From Candidatus Micrarchaeia archaeon (lineage in GTDB: Archaea > Micrarchaeota > Micrarchaeia > CAILAH01), in the NCBI GenBank assembly GCA_038874595.1, contig JAVZCB010000002.1:1-64000 (forward strand): a stretch of DNA of 64,000 nucleotides, read 5' to 3'. This document shows, one piece after another, positions 38,965 through 47,573 of this stretch (positions are counted from its first letter, which is position 1; every line of letters starts with the position of its first letter). Below the pieces are notes generated by a model, which saw nothing but the letters and a program-made list of their open reading frames with translations, did no database searches and was not told the DNA's origin. Both the position numbers and the translations under genes were made by a program.

Positions 38965-41646
38965 TTACTGGCTTGCCCTGCGCATTGTGAGAATTCCTAT
39001 CCCTAAAAGCCCTATGAGAGCAGGGAGCACAAGGCACACTGATGGGCCAGATGGTTCCCCGGAGCGGATACACTTGTGTGCCTGGCACACATAGCCCGGA
39101 TCGCAATCGCTGTTTTTGTTGCAACTGCCCGTGCCTGCCGGCATATTTTGCCCTCCGCTTGCTGGCTTTTCGGAACAGACACCATTCCTGCACGAAATCC
39201 CAAGACCTTTGTAAACACACTCATAATCCTGCTGGCAGGGGATTTCCTTTGATAGTGGAACGGTTGCAGAGTAAACACCTATCGGCCTGCTCCCATCAAC
39301 CTTATCGTAGAACTCCTTTGTTGTTATTGTAAATGTTTCTGATGCCCTGTTGTTTGTATTGGGCTGGTACGCATACATTGTAATTGTTGCATCATACTCG
39401 CGCGGCGGGTACGGGACGTGTAATGCCCCTTCGGAAACTGGTACATCGTAGGAGTACGACAGGTGTGCATTTTCACCGCTAAACTTAACTTCTACGTGTA
39501 TCATAGCACCAGCGGTAACTGGATTGCCGTTTTGGTCAACAAGTGCAAGCTGGATTTCACTCCCGTTAAGCGCCTCAAGGTCGCTGCGGTAATCGGACGG
39601 CGCTGCACCGTTCCCTGAATAACCGAACGGCTCGCCCTGGTCCCATCTCCCATTATTATTTAGGTCCTGGTAGGCACCGTGCATAATAAATATCTTGTCA
39701 AGCTGTGTGATTCTCTTATCCTTGTCATAGTACTCAAGCAATGGCTTGTAGCCGGATGCGTTAAGCGCGATATACAGGTCACGCAGTGTTTTCACGTGCC
39801 TCACACCCTTTCCGTCACCGAAATCGCGCTTCTGCGAATATGCATCCATTAACGTTGAGATAGGGATAACTACAAAATCATCATCAATGCCCCCGCGCGC
39901 CTGCGGTGAATCGCGAAGGTCAATCAGCAGGGATGCAATCGCCATCTCCTCCATCATGCTGGGGTCGCTGTATTTGTTCTTCTCTCGGAAAACCTTCTCT
40001 TGCATCTGGTAATTGAGCTCAAGGTTGAATGCAACACCGCGTATGCGGTAAAGGTCATAATCAGGATTATCCTTGTAATAATTCTTCATCTCCCACGCAC
40101 AATACTCCGCCCATCCTTCAAGAAGGCCCCACTCTGAATTCGGGTTTGTGTAATAACCACCGTGGTCTACGCCCGGACGGCCTTCCTTTGTGCTGAACAG
40201 CTCGTTCTGTATGTGGTGGCAGTACTCGTGGTATATTGTATCTTCTATGTACGATGAAGTAAAAGAGGAGCTCATATCAAGAAGGCGCATCCCCGGCGCA
40301 TTTGGGTCATCGTCCTGCCACACCTCATCAACGTGGGTGTTGCCTTTCTTGTTATATATGAAGACCCTCTCTTTTACTGTTGAGGTTTTCTTGAATACAT
40401 TCTCCTTGAACTCAACCGCTTTCTGAGCGGTTACAAAAACCTTTGCAGCATCCGAGAGCTCCTGCACCTTATGACTTGTCAAGTCCATCTGGTAGTTTGA
40501 AAGGCGCGGGTCTGAAACCGGGATTGCATCTTCATATGAAAACCGTAATGGATAGTTTGGGTTATCCTCAACCACATACAGCCTTCCCTTTGACTCATCA
40601 AATACAACCTCAACCGAGATCTCATACCCGGGCTGGAATGCTTTCGGGTCATCCCAAACAAACCTGCCATTTTCATCTGTGGTAAGGTGGCCGTATGCGT
40701 AGATGTGAGTGTCCTTTACTGCAATCGTCTCTATTTTCACAAATTTGAGAGGAACCTTCTTGCCCACTGGGCTGTAATAAAACACCTCCCCCTGCATCTT
40801 CACCTGCCTGCACTTCGTGTTATCTTCACACCCCTGCGGGCACTGCTCCTCTTTATATGTACACGCACCCGTGCCTGGATCACACACGCCTTCAGTGTAC
40901 ATTACACCATTCTCGCACTTGTCAGGGCACTCTATACCAATACACTTGTTTTTTTGTGGTTGTGCTGCGGGCAGTGGCTTGGCGCAATCTATTTTGTAAA
41001 AGGTCTCACCACCATACGGGCAGTTGCACGAGCAGTCCATTACTGTATCCTTCCACTGCACATATGCCACAAACGCGCAGTCATTCCCAAGCTTTGCCTT
41101 GCAGTATGAGTTGCAGTAATCTGTAAGTGTTGTTGAACCATAGCAGGGATTCTTTTCCCCTGTGGGCTGTTCAGGGGGTTTCGATTGCCTGCATTTTGAT
41201 TCACAGGATGTTTGCACGGGCTTGCAGTACTTATCAAGAAGCGCATTGTAGCAATCGCTCTCCTTTTTCCTGCAATAGTCATCAAGCTCTGAGTAATCTG
41301 CCTGAATCTCGTTCGCTTTCATGCAGGACATATATAGGTTGTCACAGGTTGCCTCCTTTTCGGCCCTATAAGCTGCCCCTGGGTTTTCATAGTATTCAGA
41401 TGTGCCCCCTGATGACTGCACACCGCTCTTGCAGCGCCTGTATTCCCAGATGCAGTCAAAAGCGCACTGCTCCTCTGATGACATTGCATTGTAAGCAGTC
41501 ATGTCATAGAGTGCACAGTAGGAATATTCACACGCCCAGATTCCGGACATTGTCTCGCAATTTCTTGCGCATTCTATATAATCCATCTCGGCAAACACAA
41601 ATGTGATGCTGGACAAAACAAGCAGGAGCATTAGGTAAAATCTCAT
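38965..41646 (-). CDS. Large secreted Cys-rich zinc metalloprotease-like surface protein with C-terminal anchor
   Basis: Signal peptide; Cys-rich N-terminal region; HEYCH...EGWAE gluzincin-like motif; C-terminal TM + RR. Confidence 0.75.
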   Translation of the reverse strand: MRFYLMLLLVLSSITFVFAEMDYIECARNCETMSGIWACEYSYCALYDMTAYNAMSSEEQCAFDCIWEYRRCKSGVQSSGGTSEYYENPGAAYRAEKEATCDNLYMSCMKANEIQADYSELDDYCRKKESDCYNALLDKYCKPVQTSCESKCRQSKPPEQPTGEKNPCYGSTTLTDYCNSYCKAKLGNDCAFVAYVQWKDTVMDCSCNCPYGGETFYKIDCAKPLPAAQPQKNKCIGIECPDKCENGVMYTEGVCDPGTGACTYKEEQCPQGCEDNTKCRQVKMQGEVFYYSPVGKKVPLKFVKIETIAVKDTHIYAYGHLTTDENGRFVWDDPKAFQPGYEISVEVVFDESKGRLYVVEDNPNYPLRFSYEDAIPVSDPRLSNYQMDLTSHKVQELSDAAKVFVTAQKAVEFKENVFKKTSTVKERVFIYNKKGNTHVDEVWQDDDPNAPGMRLLDMSSSFTSSYIEDTIYHEYCHHIQNELFSTKEGRPGVDHGGYYTNPNSEWGLLEGWAEYCAWEMKNYYKDNPDYDLYRIRGVAFNLELNYQMQEKVFREKNKYSDPSMMEEMAIASLLIDLRDSPQARGGIDDDFVVIPISTLMDAYSQKRDFGDGKGVRHVKTLRDLYIALNASGYKPLLEYYDKDKRITQLDKIFIMHGAYQDLNNNGRWDQGEPFGYSGNGAAPSDYRSDLEALNGSEIQLALVDQNGNPVTAGAMIHVEVKFSGENAHLSYSYDVPVSEGALHVPYPPREYDATITMYAYQPNTNNRASETFTITTKEFYDKVDGSRPIGVYSATVPLSKEIPCQQDYECVYKGLGISCRNGVCSEKPASGGQNMPAGTGSCNKNSDCDPGYVCQAHKCIRSGEPSGPSVCLVLPALIGLLGIGILTMRRASQ

Positions 41647-41697
41647 GGATTAGAATAGATAAGAAACTATTTAAACACTCGAACCAAATAGTTATGC

Positions 41698-42615
41698 ATG
41701 GCGCAAACCACCGTTGCAAAAAATAAGGCCGAACTCCTGGAAGAAGCTAAGCTTACAGAAGCTGCAAAGAAGCCGATACTTGATATACTTAACGGTAAAA
41801 CTAGATATGCCGAGCTGTGGTATGGGACTAATGCTTCTATGGAGAAGGCGTTTGCACAAATAAAAGATATTTTGCCGGAAAGGGAGTTTTACCTGAAAAA
41901 AAAGACTGCTATCGACACTGATGGCAAAGAATACCATATTATAACAATCGCTGCACGTGTAAGTGCAAAGGAAGTGCCTGTTGTTAAAAGCAAGCCAGTG
42001 GTTCCTGTTAAAAAAGCACCTTCAATCCAGGTTGATAAGACTGATATGGATTACGGTGTGCTTTCAGATAAGTTTGGGGATAAGATTGCAACACAGATTG
42101 TATACTGGTCAAAAAAGTATGGTATTGACCCGCTGTTCGTGGCATCGCTGATTGTTGCAGAGCAATCCGGAAGAGCTGATAAAAATGCCCTTGAAATTGT
42201 TGGGAAGAGGCTTGCCAAAAACCCAAATTACTATAATAAGACAGTTTCAGGTGAGGGAAATATAGACAAGGAATCGCGCGGCTTGATGCAGATTACAAAG
42301 CCAACTTATGAAACAATCACAAAACTGATGGGATTGGGGAAAAGCGCAAAATCATATGAGGAAGTTGTTGGGGATCCTGCACTGTCAATAAGGTATGCTG
42401 CCAGGTATGTTGCATACCTGAAGAAAACACTTAATACTGAGGATATGGATGAGCTTGCCGCAGCATACAATGCTGGCCCTGGAAGAGTCAAGAGTGCAAA
42501 AGAGAAAAACAAAGATATGGGGAAACTATCGCTTGAATACAGGCAAAAAGTAAAAACTGCTTATATGCAGCTCGAGGCTGAAAAGAAGAGATTAGGAAGT
42601 GAAATAAAGGAATAG
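41698..42615 (+). CDS. SLT-family lytic transglycosylase domain protein
   Basis: YGIDP.FVASLI.AE(Q)S, GLMQI, AAYNAGPGRV. Confidence 0.88.
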   Translation: MAQTTVAKNKAELLEEAKLTEAAKKPILDILNGKTRYAELWYGTNASMEKAFAQIKDILPEREFYLKKKTAIDTDGKEYHIITIAARVSAKEVPVVKSKPVVPVKKAPSIQVDKTDMDYGVLSDKFGDKIATQIVYWSKKYGIDPLFVASLIVAEQSGRADKNALEIVGKRLAKNPNYYNKTVSGEGNIDKESRGLMQITKPTYETITKLMGLGKSAKSYEEVVGDPALSIRYAARYVAYLKKTLNTEDMDELAAAYNAGPGRVKSAKEKNKDMGKLSLEYRQKVKTAYMQLEAEKKRLGSEIKE

Positions 42616-42647
42616 CTTAATTTTGATTTTGCAATGCCCAGCATCTC

Positions 42648-43364
42648 TTAATCTTCCATAAAATATGCTGCTGTTGGGTCTCCCATATCAGCAAGCTCTT
42701 TCAAATAAGAGGTAAGCTTTTTGTTGGATTTTACCCTTTTTATATCCAGCCAAATATCTGCCCACTTGTTGCCGCATTCTATTGCATCCAACACTTTAAG
42801 CATAGAACTCATATCGTTTTTTAGGCCTAACCACGTAAGAAGGCGGTATTTGAGTGAATTTGTTACAACCTGTTTTACGTAAGCACGAATGCTAGAAATC
42901 TTATTCTTAATTTGTTTATTTGAGATTGATTGATTTTCTGGGATTTGCTGTGGATTTGCAGTATCGTCCAATACGCTCCCTTTATTTCTTAATGCAACCA
43001 AGATTGCATCCATTATCTTATTTATATCGTCCGATGGTTGCTTATGATCTTCCTTCGGGGCCATCTCTTGAGTAGGCTGCTTATGGTTTTCGTCTTTGGG
43101 CGATGGGTTCTCCTTCGGGGCCATCTCTTGAGTAGGCTGCTTATGGTTTTCGTCTTTGGGCGGTAGGTTTTTCTTTTGGGCCAATTCACGAAGCTTTAAA
43201 GCTACCGCAGATGCCAAAATACTCTGGTTTTCTGCCGCATCCTTCATCATACCAAAATTTGATTGCCTTTTCTCAATTGAAGAATCTCTCTTATCTATGT
43301 TTTGTGTGGTTATCTTTCCAGTACCCATAAAAACGTACCCGCTTCCTAAGTATTTATTTGCCAT
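42648..43364 (-). CDS. Hypothetical protein with 20-aa internal repeat
   Basis: PKDENHKQPTQEMAPKE x2. Confidence 0.6.
   Translation of the reverse strand: MANKYLGSGYVFMGTGKITTQNIDKRDSSIEKRQSNFGMMKDAAENQSILASAVALKLRELAQKKNLPPKDENHKQPTQEMAPKENPSPKDENHKQPTQEMAPKEDHKQPSDDINKIMDAILVALRNKGSVLDDTANPQQIPENQSISNKQIKNKISSIRAYVKQVVTNSLKYRLLTWLGLKNDMSSMLKVLDAIECGNKWADIWLDIKRVKSNKKLTSYLKELADMGDPTAAYFMED
43039..43162. repeat. 60-bp coding tandem repeat (~2 copies)
   Basis: TCCTTCGGGGCCATCTCTTGAGTAGGCTGCTTATGGTTTTCGTCTTTGGGCG at 43051 and 43111. Confidence 0.9.
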
Positions 43365-43432
43365 ATCTTGTATTTATATGTTTCCCTTTATGGTTACAAA
43401 TTCGCTAAGGCGCAGGGCATACAATGAGCATC

Positions 43433-43750
43433 TTATTTCTTTGTTTGTTTTGTATTTTTAGCAACCCATTTCTCAAAAGCAGGCGTTGATGAAGAATTCC
43501 ACGTAATAATTGCTGGAAGCTCGTAAGGGTGTGATTTATTGATTATTGCAATTGCGCTCTTTCTTTTGGCAGGAGTGGTCTTGGCAATAAGAATAAACTC
43601 AATAGTATCTTGTAATGTGCCTTTCCACTCATAAATGCTACGTGATTTTATAATGTTTGCGCAAGCCGCTACACGTGCTGTAATGAGCTGCCTTGCAACA
43701 ACCTTTGCGGATTTGAAATTCGGAAATGGCGAGTAAATTAATGTAACCAT
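43433..43750 (-). CDS. cutA: Divalent-cation tolerance protein CutA
   Basis: AACANI, SIYEWKG, KT, HPYELPAI. Confidence 0.92.
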   Translation of the reverse strand: MVTLIYSPFPNFKSAKVVARQLITARVAACANIIKSRSIYEWKGTLQDTIEFILIAKTTPAKRKSAIAIINKSHPYELPAIITWNSSSTPAFEKWVAKNTKQTKK

Positions 43751-43842
43751 GTATTCAGATGTTCATAAAATAATAAAAGCCTGTGCCACTATAAAAAATC
43801 AATAAGCAATTAGTACCGGCAAGCCGAAAGGTTTAGGAGCAT

Positions 43843-43986
43843 GGCTCCCTACAACTTCGGGTTGCCGGGGTGGTAGGGCCAAGCAAACCGAAAGGTTTGC
43901 GGGCACCTTTTGCAGACGCAAAAGTGTGGGCGCCGGCTCCCTACAACTTCGGGTTGCCGGGGTGGTAGGGGGCGCCGGCTCCCTAC
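43843..43986. repeat. Hairpin-element array (92-bp long unit + 42-bp short unit) abutting the tRNA-Cys 5' end
   Basis: GGCTCCCTACAACTTCGGGTTGCCGGGGTGGTAGGG at 43843 and 43935; GGCTCCCTAC again at 43977. Confidence 0.9.
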
Positions 43987-44227
43987 GCCGAGGTGGCAGA
44001 TTGGCTATGCGGCCGGCTGCAGAGAGCCTTTTCTTTACAAAAGAAAAGTCTCGCGAAAAGAAAGTGTGATTGGCACTATCCACTATCCTTAGGGGATAGG
44101 TGTAAACCACACTAAGGACAACGTTTGGCGAAGCCAAACGATGCGCCATTCGCTTATGCGAATGTGCGAGGAGGTACCTCCTTCCATCAGCAACCGGCAG
44201 AGAGGGGTTCAATTCCCTTCCTCGGCT
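43987..44227 (+). tRNA. tRNA-Cys(GCA) with 170-nt multi-hairpin 37/38 intron (44023-44192)
   Basis: Acceptor GCCGAGG/CCTCGGC, U73; anticodon stem GCCGG/CCGGC, GCA 44019-44021; T-loop TTCAATT; relaxed BHB. Confidence 0.88.
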
Positions 44228-44341
44228 TGTACTTTCTTTTGGTTTCGCCTCCGGCGAATATCCTAAAGAACCTACACTAAGAAACTCCTTCTGTACTCTC
44301 TTTTGGTTTCGCCTCCGGCGAATATCCTAAAGAACCTACAC
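44228..44341. repeat. 50-bp hairpin direct repeat (period 64) directly after tRNA-Cys
   Basis: TGTACT(T/C)TCTTTTGGTTTCGCCTCCGGCGAATATCCTAAAGAACCTACAC at 44228 and 44292. Confidence 0.93.
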
Positions 44342-44446
44342 CAAAAACAAGCCTATGGTTATTTTAGTGATTAATGCAAAATACGTCGTGTGCTATTTTT
44401 TTCAAAAATAGATATGTATATATATAACATTAAACAAAATATGTAT

Positions 44447-45265
44447 ATGCCAACGCACCCTTACCTCTCAAAGGGACCCACCACTGCACTAAAGGAAAAA
44501 AGCGCTGAGGAGAAAAAGAGGTCATTCAACAAAATGAAAGTATTGGGCGCGCTCATTATAAGTATCCCTTCAATTATTGGTGCGTGGCAAACCTACCAAT
44601 ATGCAAGCACAAATTATCCTATATGGAATGCAAGCATATACAAAATTAATGGCGAGGGCAAAATGAAAAAGGTATGGGATAAGGGGAATGTGAATAATAT
44701 TAAGGAATTCACGCAGCTGCTTCCGGGCGTGCTCAACACAGATAATGAGAGATTGCTGGAGGGCCTGAAAGGTGTTATTATCCAATTCCATACAGAGGAC
44801 CGGCCGGAGATGATTGGCGGCAATTACGATTCTAAAAATAACATAATCCACATATACCCTGACACAACCAACGGTGTGCTGCTGCACGAATTACTGCATC
44901 ATATTTACGAGAAGGTGCTCACGGATGCGGAGAGGGCTGAGTTTAATGCATTTGCAAAAAAGGTTTACTCGCTTGCAAAAAAGGATACTGCTGAGCTATA
45001 TGATGCGCTTAAAGGCGGGCTTACCCCTGAAGGGATAAAATACTTTGAAAGGGCATATGAGATTTCATTGAGAGTAGAGCAATACAAGAACAATTTTCAA
45101 TCATCTCAGGAATTTGAGCGGTTTGCTGCGTCTGAACTGTTTGCCGCAGTGTTTGATTTCAAAGATTTTGGGGTAGCATACCCAATAAAAGCGATATATG
45201 AGAACTACCTTGATGAGTCGTTTGTTTCACAACTTGTAAATCAGCACACCAAAGATATGTTTTAA
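44447..45265 (+). CDS. Membrane-anchored zinc metallopeptidase-like protein
   Basis: Single TM; GGNY..., LLHELLH, distal SELFA. Confidence 0.7.
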   Translation: MPTHPYLSKGPTTALKEKSAEEKKRSFNKMKVLGALIISIPSIIGAWQTYQYASTNYPIWNASIYKINGEGKMKKVWDKGNVNNIKEFTQLLPGVLNTDNERLLEGLKGVIIQFHTEDRPEMIGGNYDSKNNIIHIYPDTTNGVLLHELLHHIYEKVLTDAERAEFNAFAKKVYSLAKKDTAELYDALKGGLTPEGIKYFERAYEISLRVEQYKNNFQSSQEFERFAASELFAAVFDFKDFGVAYPIKAIYENYLDESFVSQLVNQHTKDMF

Positions 45266-45297
45266 ATATGATGCACAGAAAGAATAAAGGTGAGATT

Positions 45298-45729
45298 ATG
45301 CCAGAACAAGCAGAAAAATATTGGTTAAGCAACAAGCAAGGTTTTGAAAAGGCGTTGGAGGAATTTAATTATGCTGCAAAAAATTTCGTAGATGCTAGTA
45401 TTCTAGGAAAACTTGAAGCATATTTTAAACTGAGGAATGCGGGAAGGAAGCTTGATGATGCTGCGCGCAACCTGGCTGCGGAAATAAATGGATTTAGAAA
45501 ATATGGCTCAAGAGACATCGAAAAGCAAGTGAAGGGTGATCCAGTATTGCAGCTTGCACTCAGGATTGCCGAAGAGCAAAACAAGACCCTTCAGGCCGTT
45601 CCAACAAAGAATGTTGGAACTACCTCAGAAACTAAGAAGCGTACTGGAAATAAAGAGAGTATTGGTCATACCGGAAAAGTTTATGGGTATTATATCGATA
45701 AAGAAACTGGGGAAGTAAGAAAAAAATAA
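45298..45729 (+). CDS. Hypothetical protein
   Basis: ORF with AGGTGA SD. Confidence 0.55.
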   Translation: MPEQAEKYWLSNKQGFEKALEEFNYAAKNFVDASILGKLEAYFKLRNAGRKLDDAARNLAAEINGFRKYGSRDIEKQVKGDPVLQLALRIAEEQNKTLQAVPTKNVGTTSETKKRTGNKESIGHTGKVYGYYIDKETGEVRKK

Positions 45730-45863
45730 TAACAGCACATCATCTTTTTCCGAATTTTTTTGATTACTAGAAGTAAGGTTATAGAAACATTAATAAACCT
45801 TACCAAAGAGAGTATTACCTACCAAGATACCTTTATATTTGTATTGTAATAGAGGGTGTAAAA

Positions 45864-46790
45864 ATGACCACTGTAAAAGAATGTCCCGAGTGTAAGGGCT
45901 CTAAAATTATACAGGATTATGAGCGTGGAGAGCTCATCTGCGCAACCTGCGGCCTAGTTATAAGTGATAGCATGGTCGATGAAGGTCCTGAATGGAGGGC
46001 TTTCGACAGCGACCAGCGTGATAAAAGGGCAAGGACAGGAGCGCCAATAAAGCTTATGAGGCCGAATAAAGGTCTCTCAACTGAAATTGACCAGTACAAC
46101 AGGGACATTCGTGGTGTCAAGATTAATACAAAGAAACAGGCACAGCTCTACAGAATGAGGAAATGGCATAAGAGAAGCAGCATCCAGAGCTCTGTGGAAA
46201 GGAATCTCGCAATTGCACTCACCGAATTGGATAAGATTGCATCATATCTCGGGCTGCACGAATCAATCCGTGAGGAGGCAGCGCTGATGTACAGAAGATG
46301 CATCGAGAAAGGAGTAAGGGGTAAGAACATTGAGGCACTCGTTGCAGCAGTAATTTATGCTGTGTGCAGGCAGAGAAACATGCCAAGAACGCTTGCTGAG
46401 ATCGCACAGGTTTCAGGTGTGAAGAGAAAGGATATAGGCAGGACATACAGGATACTTGTGCAGGAACTCAACGTTGGTGTGCCTCTTGCAAACCCGCTAC
46501 ACTATGTACCCAGGTTTGTAACGGCACTCGGCCTGAGCGGCAGGGTACAGGAGACTGCAATGGACATACTAAAAGATGCAATCGATAGGAAGCTCATTTC
46601 CGGTAGGGGGCCAACTGGGCTTGCGGCAGCCGCTGTTTATGCGTCATGCCTGCACCACGCAGAGCACAGGACACAGAAAGAAGTTGCGGAAGCTGCTGGT
46701 ATCACAGAGGTTACGATAAGGAACAGGTTTAAGGAGCTCAAGGATACGCTTAACCTTGACCTGCCTGAGATTGAAGGCCAGTTCGCATAA
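45864..46790 (+). CDS. tfb: Transcription initiation factor IIB
   Basis: CPEC..C..CG zinc ribbon, GPEWRAFD, two cyclin repeats, TEVTIRNRFKEL. Confidence 0.96.
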   Translation: MTTVKECPECKGSKIIQDYERGELICATCGLVISDSMVDEGPEWRAFDSDQRDKRARTGAPIKLMRPNKGLSTEIDQYNRDIRGVKINTKKQAQLYRMRKWHKRSSIQSSVERNLAIALTELDKIASYLGLHESIREEAALMYRRCIEKGVRGKNIEALVAAVIYAVCRQRNMPRTLAEIAQVSGVKRKDIGRTYRILVQELNVGVPLANPLHYVPRFVTALGLSGRVQETAMDILKDAIDRKLISGRGPTGLAAAAVYASCLHHAEHRTQKEVAEAAGITEVTIRNRFKELKDTLNLDLPEIEGQFA

Positions 46791-46795
46791 TCCTG

Positions 46796-47527
46796 ATGAT
46801 GCGCAACATAACAAACAAGATAAAGCGCGAATGTGATGTTGTGCTCGTGGTTGCTGATGCGCGCAGCCCGGGCACGATTTTTAGGTTTCGCCCTTACCCT
46901 GGGCAGGAAACAATCCTTATCTTGAATAAGATTGACCTGTGCACAGAGGAGGAGATTCGCACACTGAGAGAGAAATACAGGGGCGCAATCCTCATGTCTG
47001 CACGCACAAGAAAGGGGAAGGGGCACTTATTGCATACGCTAATCAGGATAGCAAAAGAAAAGGAGCACCTTATCAAAGTAGGTGTTATAGGGGTGCCTAA
47101 CGTTGGAAAGTCATCAATTATCAACCTGCTACGCGGAAAAAGAAGCGCACGGACGAGCCCTACCCCTGGCGAGACAAAGGGGATTCAATGGCTCAAGCTT
47201 AACAAGAACATTCTGCTCTATGACTCACCAGGGGTGTTCATAAGGGATCCGGGGGAGGAGGCAATCGCACACGCATCTACAGTTTCAGCTGAAAAAATGA
47301 AAAACCCTGAGGAAGCTGCCACAAAAGTGCTGTCACACATAATAAAAACAAGGGGAAGGATACACGTCGCCGCACACTACGGGATTGAGATTGCAGAAAG
47401 CGATGACGAATACGCAATCCTTGAGAAGATTGCGGTAAGAAACGGGATGCTGCTCAAAGGCGGTGAGCTTGACACCGACCGGGCAGCCAAGCGAGTAATA
47501 CACGATTGGCAAACGGGAAAAATCTAG
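46796..47527 (+). CDS. YlqF/RbgA-like circularly permuted GTPase
   Basis: DAR.P, NKID before GVPNVGKSS, G.TKG.QW, DSPG. Confidence 0.9.
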   Translation: MMRNITNKIKRECDVVLVVADARSPGTIFRFRPYPGQETILILNKIDLCTEEEIRTLREKYRGAILMSARTRKGKGHLLHTLIRIAKEKEHLIKVGVIGVPNVGKSSIINLLRGKRSARTSPTPGETKGIQWLKLNKNILLYDSPGVFIRDPGEEAIAHASTVSAEKMKNPEEAATKVLSHIIKTRGRIHVAAHYGIEIAESDDEYAILEKIAVRNGMLLKGGELDTDRAAKRVIHDWQTGKI

Positions 47528-47573
47528 CGCACCATTGTGAAAGAATATAAGAGTTTAAAACCCAAATTTTATT

